From contig JAZKZL010000324.1 of NCBI GenBank assembly GCA_045612645.1, positions 368-64,367 of the forward strand: a stretch of 64,000 bases of DNA, written 5' to 3'. Of the stretch, positions 58,628-64,000 are shown piece by piece; within the stretch, counting starts at the first letter, position 1; each line of letters begins with the position of its first letter. The notes beneath the pieces were generated by a model, which made no database searches, was not told where the DNA came from, and saw only the letters and a program-made list of their open reading frames with translations. The position numbers and the translations under genes are program-made. The stretch is from Oscillospiraceae bacterium. GTDB lineage: Bacteria > Bacillota > Clostridia > Oscillospirales > Ruminococcaceae.

Positions 58628-59791
58628 ATGTTTAACAAAACGGTCATGCCATTAGCGAGTATATTAACAGCTTGCATTGTCGCCATGCCGAGTGTTTCTG
58701 TCTCTGCTGCTGACGGTATACTTGAACAGCCGGTAGCTGTTTCTATAAATACAGGATTGTCGGATTATCAAAAGGCAGCAAATGAGCTTTATTCATCTTT
58801 TGTGATTGATGTAAATGGTGATATAAACTATCCCGAGACATTTGCGGGCGCAAGAATAGAGGATGACAAGCTGGTGATTAGTCTTACAACGGATGATACA
58901 TCTAGTTATCGGTTTTTAACTGATAAATACACTTGTGTCATATTTAATAAGGTAAAATATTCTTATAATGAACTTCAAACGATTTATAGGGATTATATCA
59001 ATGAAAATGATTGTTTTTATTATTGTGCATATGTAGATGTAGAGAATAATAGGGCAGTTATTGAAACGAATGATAAAAATTATACATCGGCAATGAGGGT
59101 GCGAAGTGATTTGCCAATAGAATTTGTAGTCGGAGAAGCATTCGATCTAAATTCCACTCCAGTATATGGTGGACGTAGGTTAAAGGTGAATGAAGTTTAT
59201 TATACCGTCGGTGCGGTGGGTGAAGATTCAAATAACAAGAATTGTATAATATGTTGTGGACATGGTATGGCAGTTGGTGATAAGGCGTATTATGGTAATA
59301 GTGAAGTAGGGGTTGTAAGTACTGTACGCTATTCTGACGGAGGATATGGAGATTATTCAATTATTACACTGAATGATGGTATTGATATTACGAATGAATC
59401 TTATATATTGTTAAGCACTAGAATAGAATTAACTGGCGGATATTGGGCTGTTGAGAATGATGGTGTATACAAATATGGTATAGCAGGCGGCCAAGGTACG
59501 GGGCGTGTAAAGAGTATAAACGCTGATGTTTATCATGATTTGAATGAAAACGGCGTAATGGATAGTGGGGATATTTCACTCAAAGGTATGACGCTTGTTG
59601 ACATTGTTGCTGGATCCTATGTCGATGGAGATAGCGGTGGACCCATTTATGCTGATGTAATTACAGACAGCAATAACAAACCGACAAGCGGAAAGCTAGT
59701 TGGAATTTATAGTGGGTCATCTTCTACTGTGTTCATATATACTCCAATGATGCGAGTACACGGAGCACTTCCGTATTACGGCGAATGGTAA
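58628..59791 (+). CDS. Secreted chymotrypsin-like (S1, alpha-lytic-type) serine protease with a pro-region
   Basis: Signal peptide; catalytic triad motifs ICCGHG, GDYS and GDSGGP. Confidence 0.85.
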   Translation: MFNKTVMPLASILTACIVAMPSVSVSAADGILEQPVAVSINTGLSDYQKAANELYSSFVIDVNGDINYPETFAGARIEDDKLVISLTTDDTSSYRFLTDKYTCVIFNKVKYSYNELQTIYRDYINENDCFYYCAYVDVENNRAVIETNDKNYTSAMRVRSDLPIEFVVGEAFDLNSTPVYGGRRLKVNEVYYTVGAVGEDSNNKNCIICCGHGMAVGDKAYYGNSEVGVVSTVRYSDGGYGDYSIITLNDGIDITNESYILLSTRIELTGGYWAVENDGVYKYGIAGGQGTGRVKSINADVYHDLNENGVMDSGDISLKGMTLVDIVAGSYVDGDSGGPIYADVITDSNNKPTSGKLVGIYSGSSSTVFIYTPMMRVHGALPYYGEW

Positions 59792-59862
59792 ACTATGAAA
59801 TTTACAATATTTTAGTATCAATATTGTGCAATTCAAGTAGATGATAGATAACAACATAAATA

Positions 59863-59895
59863 AGCAGACCCGTGAGTGCTTCCACGGGTCTGTCT
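59863..59895. terminator. Hairpin between convergent genes
   Basis: cagacccgtg-agtgcttc-cacgggtctg. Confidence 0.7.
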
Positions 59896-59908
59896 GTGTA
59901 TTTGGTGA

Positions 59909-60304
59909 TTATTTCACGATAGTATCGAGCCATGCAATTGCTTCAGCCTCGGTCTTGAAGTGACCCTCCTGAATAACTGCATGAGATTGTTTCTGATGCG
60001 ATTTAGCCTGCGCGTCGGTAAAGATCGAGCTGCCTACAACGAAAGCCATTGCCTTGCAGTTTGATACCTCCAGTGCCTTGTGCAGATTTACAAGCTCTGC
60101 GCTGATGTCGGGGGTAACGGGGGACATCTTGCTGATATCGGAAATATAACCCCAGCCGCTGAGCTTCCATGATGCAGAGGCAGATGAAAGCGTTTTGGTC
60201 AGCCATTTGATCTCATCCAGAGTGGTAGAACCAACTGCGCCGGATTTGATGATCTTCTTGCCTGTGATAGTTTCAACTGTCTGAGCGCCCATTTTCTGAA
60301 TCAT
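59909..60304 (-). CDS. STAS/SEC14 (SpoIIAA-like) domain protein
   Basis: 131 aa; YISDISKM...MAFVV...HFKTEAEAIAWL pattern; promoter TTGTAT-17-TATAAT at 60381-60353. Confidence 0.65.
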   Translation of the reverse strand: MIQKMGAQTVETITGKKIIKSGAVGSTTLDEIKWLTKTLSSASASWKLSGWGYISDISKMSPVTPDISAELVNLHKALEVSNCKAMAFVVGSSIFTDAQAKSHQKQSHAVIQEGHFKTEAEAIAWLDTIVK

Positions 60305-60446
60305 AATAAAAACTCCTTTGATATTTATTGGTAGAGCTGTAAGCTTAAATGAATTATAGCATATTGCGATGAAATATACAATAGTTTTTTAGATGAAACT
60401 AAAATTTTGTTGATGTTGCACAAGGGGAGGGCCAGAATTTAGGCGG

Positions 60447-60492
60447 AAAAAAGAGGCTGTATCACGACCCTAGGTGGCGTCATACAGCCTCT
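60447..60492 (-). terminator. Intrinsic terminator of the ~470-nt transcript
   Basis: AGAGGCTGTAT...ATACAGCCTCT stem followed by a T-run on the minus strand. Confidence 0.85.
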
Positions 60493-60525
60493 CTCAAAAT
60501 GAAGAGGTCACTTGATCTTAGTTAT

Positions 60526-60714
60526 CTATGCTGAGATTATAAAACGCCGTAAATCAGTGGTTTTACTCAACCGATACGGTGAACTTCGACGAATACCGCC
60601 TGGCTTACCGTGCCGTGCTGCGCTAGAGACCAATTTCTTTGCGTTTAATATATCAGCTCTAACAAGAGTGACATAGATGCCCTTTTCAAAATTCCGAAAC
60701 GTTCCTGTTTTCAC
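60526..60714 (-). CDS. 62-aa basic hypothetical protein (may be spurious within an ncRNA)
   Basis: GTG start; MKTGTFRNFEKG...RRFIISA; in the sense orientation of the transcript; no strong Shine-Dalgarno. Confidence 0.45.
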   Translation of the reverse strand: MKTGTFRNFEKGIYVTLVRADILNAKKLVSSAARHGKPGGIRRSSPYRLSKTTDLRRFIISA

Positions 60715-60922
60715 ATGCCCTGCGCCTTTGCCTTATGTGCGGGGCTTTGCACTAAGGTTGTGATAGCTGAAAATCAAAGTTGATTTTCGGCGCTTAATGT
60801 GATAACGATCACGCCCGTTCAATTGAGCGGGGCGAAAGATCGGACTCCTCTGTGCGGCTTCATTTTCTGCAGCATTCCCGATAATGTGCGGAGCATTCTG
60901 CTTTACAGATTTATCCGACTTT

Positions 60923-60951
60923 ATTTTAACTTATTTTAACTAACTTGTCAA
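60923..60951 (-). promoter_or_regulatory. SigA promoter
   Basis: TTGACA-17-TAAAAT on the minus strand. Confidence 0.85.
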
Positions 60952-61085
60952 GGGCTTTGGCAAAAAATATGAAATATTTGGGGATTTCATTAGTTTTGGA
61001 GACCTCTAATGGGGCATTATGACGAATTGACTATTACACCAAGTTGTGTTAGAATTAAATTATACTTACTACGGAGGAATGGATC

Positions 61086-61619
61086 ATGATTTTATCTGAC
61101 ATAACACTGACGGAAATGCTCAAAACGGGTGACCTTAAAATGTCCCCTCTGACCGAGGCTCAGATACAGCCTGCGAGCATAGATATACGCCTGGGAGATA
61201 CATTCAGTATAGTGGAGGACACATCCTCGGGTATCATCACATTGGATAGCAAGATAAGCTACAAGACTATCAAGACCGACACATATCTGTTGCTGCCGGG
61301 ACAATTCGTTCTGGCGACTACGATGGAATACATCGAACTTCCCGATGATCTGACAGCATTTGTAGAGGGCAGAAGCTCCCTCGGACGAATGGGGCTATTC
61401 ATTCAGAATGCAGGCTGGGTGGATCCCGGATTTAAAGGCGAGATAACACTGGAGCTGTTCAATGCAAACCGCTGTGCAATAGAGCTGAAAGCAGGCAGAC
61501 GTGTTGGTCAGCTTGTGTTTGCCAAGATGGACAGAGCCGCACAGAATCCCTACCGTGGCAAATATCAGGGACAGATAGGGGCAACAGGCTCCAGAGTGTT
61601 CATGGACAGCGATAAATAG
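61086..61619 (+). CDS. dcd: dCTP deaminase
   Basis: IQPASIDIRLG, EGRSSLGRMG, AGWVDPGFKGEITLEL and YRGKYQGQ motifs; promoter TTGACT-17-TAGAAT at 61027-61055. Confidence 0.96.
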   Translation: MILSDITLTEMLKTGDLKMSPLTEAQIQPASIDIRLGDTFSIVEDTSSGIITLDSKISYKTIKTDTYLLLPGQFVLATTMEYIELPDDLTAFVEGRSSLGRMGLFIQNAGWVDPGFKGEITLELFNANRCAIELKAGRRVGQLVFAKMDRAAQNPYRGKYQGQIGATGSRVFMDSDK

Positions 61620-61628
61620 GGAGGATAT

Positions 61629-61955
61629 ATGAAGAATTTTGATAACAGCTATCAGCTGCTCGACGACATGAGAAATGATGAATATTTCCCTGAATTTCTC
61701 GTAGACAAGATTGAGTTGCTAATAAAAGAGGTCATTGCCTTGCTTGAAAGCGGAGTGACCGATATTCCGACAGTGCAGGCGGCTCTTGACAAAATGACTC
61801 TTGCGATAAACGATCTACAGGAGGAGTTCGAGGATAACGACAGCGAGATCGAAACGGTGGCGAGGGACAGCATTGGTGAAACGGTGGAATATGTTCTGAA
61901 ATGGTTTGATATCGATATAGATATTGAGACCGCAATAGGCGAAAGAGATTGGTAA
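61629..61955 (+). CDS. DUF5713-like acidic protein
   Basis: LLDDM..DEYFPEFLVDKI ... INDLQEEF...SEIETVARDSI ... ERDW pattern, recognised from memory. Confidence 0.75.
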   Translation: MKNFDNSYQLLDDMRNDEYFPEFLVDKIELLIKEVIALLESGVTDIPTVQAALDKMTLAINDLQEEFEDNDSEIETVARDSIGETVEYVLKWFDIDIDIETAIGERDW

Positions 61956-61982
61956 CAAGATAAAGATAACGGAGGAATTAAA

Positions 61983-62444
61983 ATGTACATTGAAAAATAC
62001 TGGGGCGATTATATCGGCGGCAGCGATGACAGCATGACTCTTATGGAGTATCTTGCGGCAAAGTCTATGGAGCTTACAATGGGCGAGATATTTTCGGATA
62101 TCGGTCTTGACGGAGCGAATGATCTGAAAGCGGATTCTCTTACGGCAGAGATCGACGGCCTTGAGGTGGAGTTTCAGTTTGCCATAAGCGTTATCGCTGA
62201 TCTGGCGGCGCTGCTGCTGGAATGCAAGAAGAACGGCAGCATTGAGCTGAGCGAGCTTTGGGAAGAACTTGAGGGACAATTTACTCTTACTGCTACAGCG
62301 GAGGAAAACAGCATTATCAACTCTGCGTTAAAGGCTTTTGCGGAAGCTCCCGAAGAGTATGGGATAAGCGAGATGATGGATGAGGATGAACTGCAGGAGA
62401 TGGCTGAACTTTGCGAGGAACTCAGAGGGGAGCTGTATGAATAA
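61983..62444 (+). CDS. Imm68-like putative immunity protein
   Basis: N-terminus MYIEKYWGDYIGGSDDS; DLAALLLEC motif; very acidic. Family recognised from memory. Confidence 0.75.
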   Translation: MYIEKYWGDYIGGSDDSMTLMEYLAAKSMELTMGEIFSDIGLDGANDLKADSLTAEIDGLEVEFQFAISVIADLAALLLECKKNGSIELSELWEELEGQFTLTATAEENSIINSALKAFAEAPEEYGISEMMDEDELQEMAELCEELRGELYE

Positions 62445-63417
62445 GAAGATTCATACAATGAAAAAAAGCAACAAGGTCATGAATATACTCTTGATAATCT
62501 CAGCGGTATTGATCCTATTGTTTTTGACGATATACATAAATCATCGAATTCACTTGCATAACGAAGCGGAGCATATGTCTCCGCTTGGACAACTTGTTGA
62601 GGTTGACGGACATAATATGAGCATTTATACCGAAGGGGCAGGGGATATAACTCTTGTTTTTATGTCCGGTGGCGGAACTTGTTCTCCCATTCTTGATTTC
62701 AAATCGCTGTATTCTCTATTAAGTGATGATTATAGAATTGCCGTTGTAGAGAAATTCGGCTATGGCTTCAGTGATGTTGTTGATAAAAGCAGAGATATCG
62801 ATTCTATCCTTGAAGATACTCGTTCGGCACTTTCTGCAGCCGGAGTGGCTGCTCCGTATGTTCTTTGTCCGCATTCCATGTCAGGATTGGAAGCGTTATA
62901 TTGGGCGCAGAAATATCCTGAGGAAGTAAGTGCGATCATCGGTCTTGATATGGCTGTGCCGCAATATTATGACAGCATGGATATCAATATCCCTGTTATG
63001 AAATTAGCAAGCTGGGCAGCAAGTATTGGTGTTACTCGTTTTATACCGAACATTTCTGAAAGCGATGCAATAAAACACGGTACTTTATCCGATGAGGAAA
63101 AAGATATTTACAGGGCTGTGTTTTATAATCGCACAGCAACTGTAACAATGATCAACGAATGTGAGTCGGTTAAAGCGAATGCACATAAGGTAAGTGAAAT
63201 GGGTGAGCCTGATCTGCCTATATTGTTGTTCCTTTCAGACGGCACAGGAGGAACCGGATTCGATAAAGAAACATGGCGCGAGTTACCGAAAGAATATATT
63301 GCCGGAATCGCTGAAAGCAGATACGTTGAATTGGATTGTCCGCACTATATCCACGATTATGAATATGATACAATTTGTGCAGAGATCGGTGCTTTTATAA
63401 AAGAAACCATCAGCTGA
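62437..63417 (+). CDS. Membrane-anchored alpha/beta hydrolase
   Basis: N-terminal TM helix; GYGFSD, nucleophile elbow PHSMSG and HYIH motifs. ATG 62437 overlaps the previous gene's end. Confidence 0.9.
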   Translation: MNKKIHTMKKSNKVMNILLIISAVLILLFLTIYINHRIHLHNEAEHMSPLGQLVEVDGHNMSIYTEGAGDITLVFMSGGGTCSPILDFKSLYSLLSDDYRIAVVEKFGYGFSDVVDKSRDIDSILEDTRSALSAAGVAAPYVLCPHSMSGLEALYWAQKYPEEVSAIIGLDMAVPQYYDSMDINIPVMKLASWAASIGVTRFIPNISESDAIKHGTLSDEEKDIYRAVFYNRTATVTMINECESVKANAHKVSEMGEPDLPILLFLSDGTGGTGFDKETWRELPKEYIAGIAESRYVELDCPHYIHDYEYDTICAEIGAFIKETIS

Positions 63418-63445
63418 TTTGTTTTACGGATGTTATATATATGAA

Positions 63446-63480
63446 AACAAGCGTGTGCTTTTGGCATACGCTTGTTTTTG
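63446..63480. terminator. Bidirectional terminator
   Basis: aaaacaagcgtgtgc-ttttg-gcatacgcttgtttt. Confidence 0.75.
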
Positions 63481-63513
63481 TGTCGGATATATAATGATAT
63501 TAAAATATTTCGG

Positions 63514-64000
63514 TTACATATTTATGATCTGCGAGAGTATCTCGGCAAAGCAGTATAGAAACGACACCCTTTTCACTTCTGCGGCAGCGATGATATCCGA
63601 GCGGAACACTGCCACTCCATCCACAAGAACGAGGTATTCCCCAAGAAACTGACCTTGCTTTACAGGCGCTTCTGCCGATTCAACAAAGGTGTATTCGTAT
63701 TCCACATCTGTTGCACGGCCTTTACGGATGACGCATTCGCTGCTGCTCATGGCGACAACGGGCGAAACGCTGCTTTGCTGCCCGTTTTCTACGGGAATAG
63801 GTGAGAGTTGAGTCATGTCAGTTACGGGGGTGAATTTTTCGTAATTCTCAAAACCGTAGTCCAGCAACGCTTCAGCCTCATTGAAACGGGAGTCGTCATC
63901 GGGGCAGCCCAGAACAACGGCTATCAGCCGCATATCGCCTCTTTCGGCACAGACAGAAAGGCAGCAGCCTGCATTGTCGGTGGTGCCTGTTTTTCCGCCG
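63514..64000 (-). CDS. D-alanyl-D-alanine carboxypeptidase (DacF/DacB-like), 5' part outside the window
   Basis: Frame is open to the window end with GGKTGTTDNAG (KTG motif), RLIAVVLG, LLDYGF and PBP5-C-like APVKQGQFLG. Confidence 0.9.
   Translation of the reverse strand, partial: GGKTGTTDNAGCCLSVCAERGDMRLIAVVLGCPDDDSRFNEAEALLDYGFENYEKFTPVTDMTQLSPIPVENGQQSSVSPVVAMSSSECVIRKGRATDVEYEYTFVESAEAPVKQGQFLGEYLVLVDGVAVFRSDIIAAAEVKRVSFLYCFAEILSQIINM

Larger units (their letters stand above)
60447..60917 (-). ncRNA. Candidate structured RNA, or small-protein mRNA with a long structured leader; family not recognised
   Basis: Bounded by a near-consensus promoter and a terminator; multiple hairpins; contains only a 62-aa ORF with a weak RBS. 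Confidence 0.6.

Noticed and set aside
60500-60900. RNase P RNA, tmRNA or group II intron as the identity of the candidate RNA
   Set aside because: GAGGAGTCC only resembles the RNase P GAGGAAAGTCC and the 3' P4 strand is missing. There are no tRNA-like tmRNA ends, and the GTGCG words lack a domain V/VI or a reverse transcriptase.
63419-63652. 77-aa plus-strand ORF after the hydrolase
   Set aside because: No RBS; it runs through a terminator and overlaps the dac gene antisense.

Overview
Chromosomal window from a motile, probably spore-forming Clostridia bacterium (gene set and order suggest Oscillospiraceae/Ruminococcaceae; inference) spanning the replication origin. Left of ~22.2 kb genes are mostly on the minus strand: cheA-W-R-B, a FliK-like/FlhB-like pair (plus strand), a thyA-NYN/LOTUS-tcdA-LRR run, a Maf-like gene, aspartokinase, and a flagellin locus with GT2, two flagellins and fliB. 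Right of it genes are mostly on the plus strand: dnaA-dnaN-yaaA-recF-remB-gyrB-ycxB-like-gyrA-mnmG-rsmG-noc-parA-parB-serS with three parS sites, then ABC transporters, a DtxR regulator, an MBL hydrolase, an RCC1 surface protein with an ECF sigma/anti-sigma pair, fucI, a secreted serine protease, dcd and orphan immunity genes. No tRNA, rRNA, CRISPR array, IS or prophage was seen. Four observations stand out. (1) A stand-alone ~470-nt promoter-to-terminator transcript (60447-60917, minus) with many hairpins, repeated CACA motifs and a 62-aa basic ORF. (2) A NYN nuclease with six LOTUS repeats, a MARF1-like architecture. (3) An origin built from a variant DnaA box, TTWTYAACA, alongside altered DnaA domain IV residues. 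(4) A lipoprotein that looks like a free-standing copy of the neighbouring protease's pro-domain. All calls come from reading motifs by eye; no database search was run.
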